Source of the DNA: Rhodospirillaceae bacterium
GTDB lineage: Bacteria > Pseudomonadota > Alphaproteobacteria > Rhodospirillales > Rhodospirillaceae
Length of the DNA: 64,000 bases
Direction of reading: 5' to 3'
Assembly (NCBI GenBank): GCA_020852595.1
Contig: JADZAK010000103.1
Coordinates: forward strand, 5,320 to 69,319
Part shown: positions 39,337-48,141 of the stretch, piece by piece
Position numbering within the stretch: position 1 is the first letter of the stretch
Layout of the letters: each line of letters begins with the position of its first letter
Position numbers and translations under genes: made by a program
Notes under the pieces: model-generated
Databases searched by the model: none
Told to the model about the DNA's origin: nothing
The model's input: the letters and a program-made list of their open reading frames with translations, nothing else

Positions 39337-42204
39337 TTACATCCGGAAGCGGATGCCCGCGCGGAACACGCGACCGAGAGCGTCGTAGACGCCTTGGTTG
39401 GTGGAAATGGTGCCGTAAGCGCTGCCCGCCGGGCCGCCCGGAACGATCACGGGGTCCTTATTCGTCAAATTCTTGACGTTAAGGAACGTTTCGACATCCA
39501 GACCGTCATCGGCGTAACTGCTGAGTTTGTAGGCGATATTGGTGTCCCAATAGAACGCCCCCGCCAGATGATTGTTGTTGATGGTGCGATTGCTGGCCGT
39601 AGAGGTGGGGCAGCCGGTGGTGCACTCGATATTGGAGTTCAAGATGGTGCCGCTGCTGACACCGCGGCCCGTCAAAGTGAACGTGAACGGATCGTTCGAG
39701 TAGGACGCTGAGATTCGATAAGTCCAGCTCGGCGTTTCATCGCCATCGTTTTGGCCGGCGGTATCCGTCGGCGCGACGATGCCGTCGTTCTCATAGTTCT
39801 TGATGTAATGAGACGCGAGCAGGCGGAGCGAGAGGTTGCCGTTCATGCTGTCGCTAAGATCCGACAGGGCCATGCGATAGCTGACGTCGAAGTCGAGGCC
39901 GCGCGCTTCCTTGACCGCCAGATTGAACGGCGAGATCGAGATGCGCGAGATGATCGGCGCGCCGCCGGGGCTGGTGCCGCGCGTGATCGCCGCGCAGTAC
40001 TGCTGGATGCCTTCGAAGCAGAAGTCGACGATCTGCTGCGCGCCCACGGTTCCGATGGCGCCCTTGATCTTGATATTGAAGTAGTCGACCGACGCCTGGA
40101 AGCCCGGAATGAAAGTCGGCTGCAACACCACGCCGAGACCGAGGGTTTTGGCCTTTTCCGGATCCAGAGCCAGGTTGCCGGTATTGAAGCCGGTGTACTG
40201 GATCGACTGGCGCCCGTTGAACGGATCGATGACGGTGTTGGTGTTGGAGGTGCCGGCGGCAAACAGTTCCTGCAGGTTCGGCGCGCGGATGTCGCGCGAA
40301 TAGGTGCCGCGGAAACGAATGTCCGGCAGCGGCGACCAGGTCGAGCCGACCTTGTAGGTCGTCACGAAACCCGACGTCGAATAGTCGGTGAAACGCACGG
40401 CGGCGTTCAGGTCGAGCTGCTGCTCGATCAGCGGCACCACCGTTTCGACGAAGCCTTCGGTCACGTTGTACTTGCCGAAGCTGGGCAGGAAGTTGCCCAC
40501 GAACCAGCCGGAGCGGTAGGCCGGGTCCACGTCGCCGGAGACTTTCTCGATGCGGTGTTCGGCGCCGAACGCCAGCGACACGGGGCCGGCCCACAGGTCG
40601 AAGGGCTCGCCGGAGACGGAGAAGGCGCCCACATCCTGCGCGAAGCGCTGGTTGCGGTACGGATCGTCGATCAGATAGTTGAGCGCCGCCTCGCTGTTGA
40701 CGCCGGTGCCCATGCGGTTGAAGGGCACGCAGGCCGGGTCGTCGTTGGTCGTGCTGGCGTCCGCGTTGATGCGGCAGACGATGACGCCCGCGGCGTTGCG
40801 GATCGCGTCGGTGGCGTTCGCAAGACGGGTGTTGTTGGTGATGTCGACCACGGATTCATGCGTGCGCGTGATGCCCTTCTGATAGTAGGCGTCCCACGTC
40901 CAGGTGGTATCCATCGCTTCCGTATCGCCGTTGATGCCCACGACATAGCGGGTCGTGTAGCGGCGGTTGTCGGTGCGGCGCAGCGGCAGATCGCCGTTCA
41001 TGCTGCCCATGCTGAACTGCGACAGGCCCAGCGCATCCACACGCGACTTGACGGCGGCCGGGATGAAGGCGTTGTCCGCACGGATGATGATGTTGGCCTG
41101 GTTGAACTGATAACCGGTGACACCATCGGAATCGGTGTAGTTCCACGACGCCTGGCCGAACACTTCGATGTTGTCGGCGATGTCGTAACTGACGCGCGTG
41201 AACAGGCCTTCACGGTGTTCGGCGGGGTCGAGCGCCTGCACGTTGTTGAACTGGTTCGACTTCCAATCGCCGCCGACCATCCACGGATCGAGGCGGGTCG
41301 AGCCGTAGTTGAACTGATAGGGCGTGCCGCCCGGACCGAAGGCGGTGCCGGCCAGCGCGGTGTTGGTGATGATGCCGCCCAGCGTGGCCTGGCTGAGGGC
41401 GGCACCGCACACATTGAGACGCTCGGGCGCGCCGTTCGTGGCGGTATAGGCCGGGTTGTTGATCTGGTAGCAGCCCTGATTGTTCCAATCGCGGTTGGAC
41501 GGCACATTGTTGATGCCGTGACGGTCGGCGATTTCACCGCTGAAGATGATGTGGCCGCGATCGTTGGCGAAGGGCGTGCCGCCGGCGAGCGAGACTTTCC
41601 AGTTCGCGCCGTCGCCATACGTCGTAAGGCCGCCTTCAACGGCGCCTTTGAAGCCCGTGAAGTCCTTGTCGAGGATGAAGTTGACGACGCCGGACACGGC
41701 GTCGGAACCATAGGCCGCCGAAGCGCCGCCGGTCACGACGTCGACGCGTTCCACCAGCATCTGCGGGAAGTTGTTCACGTCGACGATGCTGTTGAGGGTC
41801 GAGGGCACCGAACGCTGGCCATCCATGAGGACCAGCGTGCGGTTCGCACCCAGCGCGCGCAGGTTGATCGAGTTCACGCCGGCGGTGCCCGACGAGGCCG
41901 AAGTGCTGGAACCCTGCGGGGTCGTCGAGTTGGCGACCGACGGCAGATCGTTGACGAAGTCGGCGAGGTTTTCGGCCGGCGACTGCAGGAGTTCTTCGAT
42001 CCCCACGACCGTCAGCGGCGTCGGCGCCTGGTACCCGTCGCGCACGACGCGGGTCCCGGTGACGACGATTTCATCGACCGGGCCGGCTTGAGCCTGTTGC
42101 GCCTGCGCGAAGGCCGGCGTGGCTACGGACATGACCAGCGCGGTCGCGCTCACCGTCGATACGAGCGCGCGGCGGCGGTGAGTCGTCTTGAAGACTGTAA
42201 GCAT
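39337..42204 (-). CDS. TonB-dependent outer-membrane receptor
   Basis: Signal peptide, TonB-box-like DEIVVTGTRV, plug motif NRTLVLMDGQR. A 955-aa beta-barrel-type sequence ending GIRFRM. Confidence 0.9.
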   Translation of the reverse strand: MLTVFKTTHRRRALVSTVSATALVMSVATPAFAQAQQAQAGPVDEIVVTGTRVVRDGYQAPTPLTVVGIEELLQSPAENLADFVNDLPSVANSTTPQGSSTSASSGTAGVNSINLRALGANRTLVLMDGQRSVPSTLNSIVDVNNFPQMLVERVDVVTGGASAAYGSDAVSGVVNFILDKDFTGFKGAVEGGLTTYGDGANWKVSLAGGTPFANDRGHIIFSGEIADRHGINNVPSNRDWNNQGCYQINNPAYTATNGAPERLNVCGAALSQATLGGIITNTALAGTAFGPGGTPYQFNYGSTRLDPWMVGGDWKSNQFNNVQALDPAEHREGLFTRVSYDIADNIEVFGQASWNYTDSDGVTGYQFNQANIIIRADNAFIPAAVKSRVDALGLSQFSMGSMNGDLPLRRTDNRRYTTRYVVGINGDTEAMDTTWTWDAYYQKGITRTHESVVDITNNTRLANATDAIRNAAGVIVCRINADASTTNDDPACVPFNRMGTGVNSEAALNYLIDDPYRNQRFAQDVGAFSVSGEPFDLWAGPVSLAFGAEHRIEKVSGDVDPAYRSGWFVGNFLPSFGKYNVTEGFVETVVPLIEQQLDLNAAVRFTDYSTSGFVTTYKVGSTWSPLPDIRFRGTYSRDIRAPNLQELFAAGTSNTNTVIDPFNGRQSIQYTGFNTGNLALDPEKAKTLGLGVVLQPTFIPGFQASVDYFNIKIKGAIGTVGAQQIVDFCFEGIQQYCAAITRGTSPGGAPIISRISISPFNLAVKEARGLDFDVSYRMALSDLSDSMNGNLSLRLLASHYIKNYENDGIVAPTDTAGQNDGDETPSWTYRISASYSNDPFTFTLTGRGVSSGTILNSNIECTTGCPTSTASNRTINNNHLAGAFYWDTNIAYKLSSYADDGLDVETFLNVKNLTNKDPVIVPGGPAGSAYGTISTNQGVYDALGRVFRAGIRFRM

Positions 42205-42224
42205 TTTCCCCCCAAAGGTGACGA

Positions 42225-42256
42225 TGAAACGAACTTGAACCGGGTGAGAACCCGGT
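42225..42256 (-). terminator. Possible terminator or attenuator between the COG4315 gene and the TonB receptor gene
   Basis: accgggt (42239-42245) / acccggt (42250-42256). On the minus strand it is followed by tcaagttcgtttc, a weak U-tract. Confidence 0.35.
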
Positions 42257-42328
42257 CCCTTCCCTCACCGGCCGCAGACATCCCGCACCCCTAATACGCG
42301 GGATCGCTCCGGCCGGTTCCTAGAACTC

Positions 42329-43708
42329 TTACGGATACGCGATCGCCCACACCAGCGTGGCGACGCCGTCCATCGGTGTGCCCACGTCGACGATCTTCTT
42401 GGCGTCGAACGAAAGCTCCATGTTGTAGGTGTCGTGGCCGAGCATATCGCCGGGCTTCTTGTCGCCGGCGAAGGTGTAGAGCGCGTAGCCCATGTAGGCC
42501 CACTGCTTCTGCCCGTCGTCGCGCGTGTAGACCGTCCAATAGCCTTGCGGCTGTGCGTTGGCCGGCGCGAGGAACGGCTTCCACTGATCGCAGGCATCGC
42601 CGCAGCGCGACTTGGTGCCGATATCGCGGCCGACGGCCGGGCGATGCGGCTGGCCGCGGTGCAGGCTGTGACCGCCGCCGGACTGATAGATATGACCGTC
42701 GCGCTTATAAAGCGTCATGCCCGCTTCCGTGGCCCAGGTATAGCCCTGGTTCAAGGTCGGCTGCAGCTTCACGCCGTCCGGCAGGAAGTGCTTTTGCACG
42801 GCCGCGACTTTCCAGCGTGTGTCGGCGCCGACGCCGTAAGAGTCGCCGAACTTCTGGTCTTCGTCGTAGCTGTAAAGACCCTGGCCTTTGTAGGCCCATT
42901 GCGAGGTGCCGTCATCGCGCGCGATGATGGTGAAGTCGCCGATGGGGAACCCGATCGCCGGCGCGGCGAGCGGCGTCCAGCCGGCGCTGGTCAGCTTCTT
43001 CTCGTCCTTCGCGGCGCCGTCGAACACATAGAGCGTGTGACGGCGGTGATCGACGAGGCCGAGCGCGGACGATTCAAGGATCTCTTCGATCTGCACGCCG
43101 TTCGGCACCGCGCCGAATTTCTCGCCGGCGGGATACATCAGAGCCGGCTGCCAATTCTCCGGCATCGGCTTGTCCTTGCCGCCGGCGCGGCCGCCCGAAC
43201 CGCGGATGCCGCCGCCGACCATCTTGCCCGAACCGTCCATGCGTTTCGCGCCGAAGCGCGCGGCGCTGTTGCCCGCCAGCGAACCCGGATCGACGTCTTC
43301 GGTGTAGGTGTAGAGCGGACGGCCCTGAACCGCCCACTGCTTCGCGCCGTCGGCGCGCGTGATGATCGACCAATCCCCAAACGCCACCGATCCTGCGATG
43401 GGCGCCACCGGCTTGAACTTCTCGGTGCAGTCCGCCGTGCAGTTGGACTTGCCGGGCGCATCGAGCTTGTAGGTGTACATCGTCATGCCGCGCGCGTCGG
43501 TGTAGGCGACTTCATCGCGGAAAACGACAGAGGCCGTTTCCTTGCCGAGGTCCCAGCCCTGACCGCGCCCCAGCGCCTGCAGGGTGATGCCCGGCGGCGT
43601 GGTGTAGACCGGACGCTTCGCGCCTTTGTCGGCGGCCTGGGTGCCGGCGGCGAAGACAATCGCCGCGGCCGCCACGCCGACCTTCAACATGATCTTCAAC
43701 TGACTCAT
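42329..43708 (-). CDS. Exported protein with six COG4315-type repeats ('lipoprotein with Yx(FWY)xxD motif' / secreted repeat of unknown function)
   Basis: Sec signal. Six units: MYTYKLD, LYTYTED, LYVFDGA, LYSYDED, LYKRDGH, LYTFAGD. Two C-x3-C-x3-(F/W)KP motifs (CTADCTEKFKP, CGDACDQWKP). Confidence 0.8.
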   Translation of the reverse strand: MSQLKIMLKVGVAAAAIVFAAGTQAADKGAKRPVYTTPPGITLQALGRGQGWDLGKETASVVFRDEVAYTDARGMTMYTYKLDAPGKSNCTADCTEKFKPVAPIAGSVAFGDWSIITRADGAKQWAVQGRPLYTYTEDVDPGSLAGNSAARFGAKRMDGSGKMVGGGIRGSGGRAGGKDKPMPENWQPALMYPAGEKFGAVPNGVQIEEILESSALGLVDHRRHTLYVFDGAAKDEKKLTSAGWTPLAAPAIGFPIGDFTIIARDDGTSQWAYKGQGLYSYDEDQKFGDSYGVGADTRWKVAAVQKHFLPDGVKLQPTLNQGYTWATEAGMTLYKRDGHIYQSGGGHSLHRGQPHRPAVGRDIGTKSRCGDACDQWKPFLAPANAQPQGYWTVYTRDDGQKQWAYMGYALYTFAGDKKPGDMLGHDTYNMELSFDAKKIVDVGTPMDGVATLVWAIAYP

Positions 43709-43732
43709 AACCGCTCTCCCTCGCTTAACCGG

Positions 43733-45058
43733 TCAGGCCAAAATTTCAGTCACGGGCTTCTGCGTCTGGTTCGAGAGCGATCCCCATGCGCTCATCGAGA
43801 CGCCGAAGCCCTGCATCACCGTCAGACCCATGCGCGTGGCCGGGTCGCCCGCAAAGGGGATATGCATGCCCGTCTTGAAGCGGCCGCCCGCGTTGCCGAT
43901 CGTCATGACGGGAAGATTGTCCATGGTGTGCGTGCGCGCGTAGCCATGGTCGGTCTGCCACAGGATCAGCGTACGGTCGAGAACGCTGCCCGCGCCCTCC
44001 TTCTGAGTCTGAAGCGTGGTCAGGAAGTCCGCGCACACCTGATTGGCCCACAGGATGAACCAGGTCACTTCCTTCTGGTAGCCGAGCTTCTCGTCGATCG
44101 GCTCTTCATGCGTATAGCCGTGCCAGCCGTTGGTCGAACCGGGCTTGCGGGCGCCTTGCGCATCCATGAACACGTTGAACACGCGCGTTTGGCCGCAAGC
44201 GACCGCGTTGGCCAGAAGGTCGGCGAACAGCTTGGTATTGGTGGAGACCTGCGCGACCTCCTCGCCGGGCTGAACTTCCTGCTTGGCGCCCGGCACATGG
44301 CAGGCCGGCAGCGGCGCGGGCTTTTCCAGCTTCATCGCCAGCTGGTTCTCGATCTGGCGCACGGAGGAGAAATATTCATCGAGGCGCGCGCGGTCGGAGG
44401 CGCCGAGCTGAGCCATGATCGCGTGGCGCTGGTCGGAGACCGCCGACAACACGCTTCGCTTCGCGACGACTTTCGCATCCGGAGTGAACTCACCGGCGTT
44501 CGGATCCTGGAACTCGGGTCCGAAGATGCGCTTGTACAAGGCGTCGGGTGACGGCTCCGACGGATTGACGGCGGCGCCCGCGCGCTTGCTGTAGCTGCGG
44601 CGATCGCCCATCAACGAAACTTCAAGAGAGCGGAAGCGCGTCCGCGTGCCGATGGAATCGGCGATGATGCTGTCGACGGACGGGCCGCTATCGCGTCCCG
44701 TCGGAATGCCGCCAAGGCTGGCGATCTGCGCGCCGGTGCGGTGCGTTTCCACCGGACGCCCGTCGAGGAAGTAATTCGCGCCGCTGACGACGTTCATCCG
44801 TTCCTTGAACGGGTCGAACACCTTCAATTCGATATTGTGGTTGTAGCCCTTGCCGACACGGTCCGGAATCCAGCGGCCGGGGTTGAATCCGAGATACTGA
44901 AGCCAGGTTCCGAAAACGGTGGGCAGCGCCGCGCCGCTTTGCGCAAGCGCGGTGCCGTTCGTATTCAGGAAGGCGTCGAGAAACGGCAGGCCGACCGTGA
45001 CGGCGGTGCCGCCCATGATGCCTTTCAGGACGTTTCTGCGATTCTGCAATTTGCTCAT
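43733..45058 (-). CDS. DUF1552 family protein with a Tat signal
   Basis: MSKLQNRRNVLKGIMGGTAVTVGLPFLDAF, LDEYFSSVRQIENQL and a C-terminal LPVMTIGNAGGRFKTG. The family's HxxSHH position reads HGYTHE. Start trimmed to ATG 45058. Confidence 0.8.
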   Translation of the reverse strand: MSKLQNRRNVLKGIMGGTAVTVGLPFLDAFLNTNGTALAQSGAALPTVFGTWLQYLGFNPGRWIPDRVGKGYNHNIELKVFDPFKERMNVVSGANYFLDGRPVETHRTGAQIASLGGIPTGRDSGPSVDSIIADSIGTRTRFRSLEVSLMGDRRSYSKRAGAAVNPSEPSPDALYKRIFGPEFQDPNAGEFTPDAKVVAKRSVLSAVSDQRHAIMAQLGASDRARLDEYFSSVRQIENQLAMKLEKPAPLPACHVPGAKQEVQPGEEVAQVSTNTKLFADLLANAVACGQTRVFNVFMDAQGARKPGSTNGWHGYTHEEPIDEKLGYQKEVTWFILWANQVCADFLTTLQTQKEGAGSVLDRTLILWQTDHGYARTHTMDNLPVMTIGNAGGRFKTGMHIPFAGDPATRMGLTVMQGFGVSMSAWGSLSNQTQKPVTEILA

Positions 45059-45087
45059 TCTCGTCTCTCCTCGCCTTATTCGGCGCC

Positions 45088-46794
45088 CTACTCGGCGGAT
45101 GCGGTCTGCGTCGCCGCCGGCGGCACGGTGCGATAGAATTCGGGGCTGGTGGCGATACGCTTCATCAGGTCCGGCACCACGTATCCTCCAGCGGTGAAAT
45201 CGTCTTTCAGCTTCGCGACCCAGGGCGTCTCGCCTTTCGCCGGCTTGCGGCCGAGCGCATAGGAACTGAGACGATCCACCAGACACGCGGCGGCGGCGGC
45301 GTTGTCGTGCAGCGCGAGGCCGAGTTCGTAGGAGTTGTTGAACTTCTTGCCGTCGAGCGTGCCGCTGGTGTCGATGGGCTCGCCGTTCTCCGTGGTGCGA
45401 TAAGCGCCCGAGCCGTCGAAGCTCTCGAGCGCGAGGCCCATCGGATCGGTGATCTTATGACAGCCGGCGCACATCGGTTCCTTCGAGTGAGCCGTCAAAC
45501 GCTCGCGGGCGGTCTTGTAGGAGGTCGTATCGTTGACCAGCGTGAAGTCCACATTGCCCGGCGGCGCGGGAACCTTCTGGCACAAAAGGATTTCGCGGAT
45601 CGCCTTGCCGCGAACGGTGGCGGAGCTGCGGTTGGCGGGCGAGTGCAGCGCGCTGAAGCTCGCGTGGCTCAAGATCCCGCCGCGCGGATCGTCGGCGGAG
45701 AATTCAAAGGCCTGCCACGGATCGACCGCACCGTTCGGGCGGTCGTTGACCACCGGCACGCGGTAGATGGCCCCGAGCGAGGAGGTGAGGAACGTTTTTT
45801 TAGTCGTGAAGACATCGCGGTAGTCGGCGCGGTTGGCGATGAGCAGATCCACCAGCGTCCGCAATGTCTGTTCCTGTGCGTCCATCGCCTCGCGGCGGCT
45901 GAACATCGGATAGATCAGATTGTCTTTGCGTAAGGATTCGAAGTCCTCGAAATGGAACATATCGGCGAAGAAGGCGCGCACGCCGGCTTCGACACGGTGA
46001 GACGCCATCATGCGCTCGACCTGACGCTCCAAACCTTTTGACGTATCGAGTTCGCCCTTTTGCGCGGCGTTCAGGAGCTGCGCATCCGGCGCGGCGTTCC
46101 ACAGGAAGAAACTCAGTTGACTGGCCTTGGAGTAGCCGTCGAGCACGCTCTGGCCGCCGGCGGCTTTCGTGACTTGCGGCGCGCGGAACAGGAACTGCGG
46201 CGAAGACAGCATCGCCGAAAGGCTCATGGCGAGGCCGTCATGGAAGCTGTTCAGCTTCGTGCCGGCGGTATTCGCGGCGGCGACATAGGCGGTGACTTCG
46301 GGCGCCGTCATCGGGCGGCGGAAAAGCAGGCGTCCGACGTTGGACAGGAAAGCCTTCGCGCATGCGTCGTCCGGCGCCTTGTCGCTGGCCGGCTTGCAGG
46401 GGATCAGCATCGCGCGGTTCTTCTTGTCGAGCACGACCTGCGCGGCGATCGCATCGGCCATGGCGTCATACTGCTCCATGCCGGCGCTGGTCACACCGAC
46501 GCCCGAAGACCCAATCGCAAGCAAGCCGTCGATGCGCAAATCCGGTTCGAAGCGTCCGCCGAGATCGATGGTCGGGCCGAAGATATCGGCGACGGTGGCG
46601 CGGTATTGCGCGGGCGTCAGGCGCGGCACCGCGGCGGGCGCGGGTTCGAAACCGGCGGCGGCCTGGGCGGCCGGCTTCGCGGCGGGCGGCGCGTCCGCCG
46701 CCGGCGCGCAGGCCGCGAGGACAGCGGCGATACAGCCCGCCGAGGCGGCTTTCAGGAAGGCGGAACGCTTCGCGTGCATTGAAAACTTTTCCAT
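45088..46794 (-). CDS. DUF1587/1595/1592/1588/1585 ('PSD') family lipoprotein with a CxxCH motif
   Basis: Lipobox VLAAC. LTPAQYRATVADIFG (DUF1587-like), GILSHASFSALHS...RGKAIREILLCQKVPAPP (DUF1588-like), CAGCHKITDPMGLALESFDGSG (DUF1585-like). Confidence 0.8.
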   Translation of the reverse strand: MEKFSMHAKRSAFLKAASAGCIAAVLAACAPAADAPPAAKPAAQAAAGFEPAPAAVPRLTPAQYRATVADIFGPTIDLGGRFEPDLRIDGLLAIGSSGVGVTSAGMEQYDAMADAIAAQVVLDKKNRAMLIPCKPASDKAPDDACAKAFLSNVGRLLFRRPMTAPEVTAYVAAANTAGTKLNSFHDGLAMSLSAMLSSPQFLFRAPQVTKAAGGQSVLDGYSKASQLSFFLWNAAPDAQLLNAAQKGELDTSKGLERQVERMMASHRVEAGVRAFFADMFHFEDFESLRKDNLIYPMFSRREAMDAQEQTLRTLVDLLIANRADYRDVFTTKKTFLTSSLGAIYRVPVVNDRPNGAVDPWQAFEFSADDPRGGILSHASFSALHSPANRSSATVRGKAIREILLCQKVPAPPGNVDFTLVNDTTSYKTARERLTAHSKEPMCAGCHKITDPMGLALESFDGSGAYRTTENGEPIDTSGTLDGKKFNNSYELGLALHDNAAAAACLVDRLSSYALGRKPAKGETPWVAKLKDDFTAGGYVVPDLMKRIATSPEFYRTVPPAATQTASAE

Positions 46795-46805
46795 GGGGCG
46801 CTGGC

Positions 46806-47906
46806 TTATTTCACTTCGGCGCTTTGGTAGCGCAGGTGCGGCGTTTCCTGGACGAAGGCCGGAACCGCGGTGATGCGATAGGCCGTCGAGATCGACATAT
46901 TCATGCCGGTCTTCGGATCCGGGTCGGCGTCCGCGGCCTTTTTCATCGCGTAGTAGAGGCCGGGGCGATCGCCAACGATGCCATTATGCGAGAAGGCAAA
47001 ATAAATCTCGGTCCACGGCTGATACCCGCCGACCAATCCATCGAGCGTATCGCCCTTCAACATCTTGAGACGCAGATGCGTGTTCTTGAGATTGAGCACC
47101 GGCGAGCTCAGCGCGTTCCACAGGAGACTGAGCGGCTTGTGTTCGGTGACTTTGAGTTCGCCGTCCTTGATCTCGGCCTTGAACTCATTGTGCGAGCGCG
47201 GATCCGGATCGACGCGGTAGGTCATGAAGTGGCGCGGCGAGCCGTCGAGATTGGACTTCAGATATTCCAGCGCGCGCGTGAGGCGGACGGTGACGGGACC
47301 GTCCTTGTCGATGTCCTCGCCGGTGATGGTGATCAGCCAGGCCGGCTGCGAATCTTTCAGCTGCACCCAGATCCATTCGCCGTACGCCGACGGCGCGTCC
47401 CAGCTGCCGCGGAAGTTCTGATTACATCCGATGGCGCGCGAGAGCATGTTGTCCACGCCCTTCTCGCCGGTCTGCGGATCGGTGAAGGACACTTCGCCGT
47501 CCTTGCCGTCGAGATTGAAACCGTAACCGACTTTCGAGGTCACGAACTTGAGGCCGGGATCCTTCGTGGCTTCGGGGTGGGTGTAGGCGTTGACGTTCTG
47601 GCCGTTGATGACCGCGCGGGCGTTGACGATGGCGTTGATGCGCTCCTCGCCGTCACCGCCCTTGGCCCATTCGGACATCATCGACTTCACTTCGTCGGGC
47701 TTGTAGCCGAGGCCCTGGAGGATGACCGCGTACTGACCGGCCTGGTCATCGGGATTCACGCCGCCGGGGCAATCCCCGTCCCGCGAATTGAATTGCTGGG
47801 AGAAATAGCTGACGACATAGCTGCGCGATTCCAGCGCATGGGCGGCCGCCGCCTGACCCAGCAGCGACGCACCGGCGACGCCGGCGCCAAGAGCCCAACG
47901 AAACAT
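46806..47906 (-). CDS. Hypothetical exported protein, no family recognised
   Basis: Signal MFRWALGAGVAGASLLGQAAAAHA. Ends 11 nt upstream of the DUF1592-family gene. Start trimmed to ATG 47906. Confidence 0.6.
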   Translation of the reverse strand: MFRWALGAGVAGASLLGQAAAAHALESRSYVVSYFSQQFNSRDGDCPGGVNPDDQAGQYAVILQGLGYKPDEVKSMMSEWAKGGDGEERINAIVNARAVINGQNVNAYTHPEATKDPGLKFVTSKVGYGFNLDGKDGEVSFTDPQTGEKGVDNMLSRAIGCNQNFRGSWDAPSAYGEWIWVQLKDSQPAWLITITGEDIDKDGPVTVRLTRALEYLKSNLDGSPRHFMTYRVDPDPRSHNEFKAEIKDGELKVTEHKPLSLLWNALSSPVLNLKNTHLRLKMLKGDTLDGLVGGYQPWTEIYFAFSHNGIVGDRPGLYYAMKKAADADPDPKTGMNMSISTAYRITAVPAFVQETPHLRYQSAEVK

Positions 47907-48085
47907 TCTGGCCTCCACGACCATATCCTCCACACCACGAGCCACGCCTCCGCCCTCTCAGTCGCGGGGGGCGGGCGCTGCAAAGCCGTACTACATAGAC
48001 GAGTGTAACATTCTAATCCCCCCATCCTAGTTCAGATTTGAAACAGGCTTATCGCGGGAATAAGCGGCTTTCCGCTTGTTGCGCC

Positions 48086-48117
48086 GCAAAAAAGGGAGAA
48101 CCTCGCGGCCCTCCCTT
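48086..48117 (-). terminator. Terminator downstream of the methyltransferase gene
   Basis: aagggag (48092-48098) / ctccctt (48111-48117) with a 12-nt loop. On the minus strand it is followed by ttttgcgg. Confidence 0.5.
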
Positions 48118-48141
48118 CGAGAATTCGGCGGGATCAGGCAG

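Noticed and set aside
39751-42294. 847-aa plus-strand ORF.
   Set aside because: It is antisense to the TonB-dependent receptor. The composition is R/A/G/D-rich with no motifs. The same reasoning applies to 42434..44551(+), 20790..23570(+), 26859..28967(-), 4905..6737(+), 29712..31142(-), 12208..13422(-), 62357..63631(-) and the other overlapping track ORFs.
42205-42328. Cobalamin or other riboswitch, or a Fur/Irr box, upstream of the TonB-dependent receptor.
   Set aside because: I find no B12-box (GCCACUG-like) and no AT-rich palindromic iron box. There are only two simple hairpins, one of which is better read as the terminator of the upstream operon.
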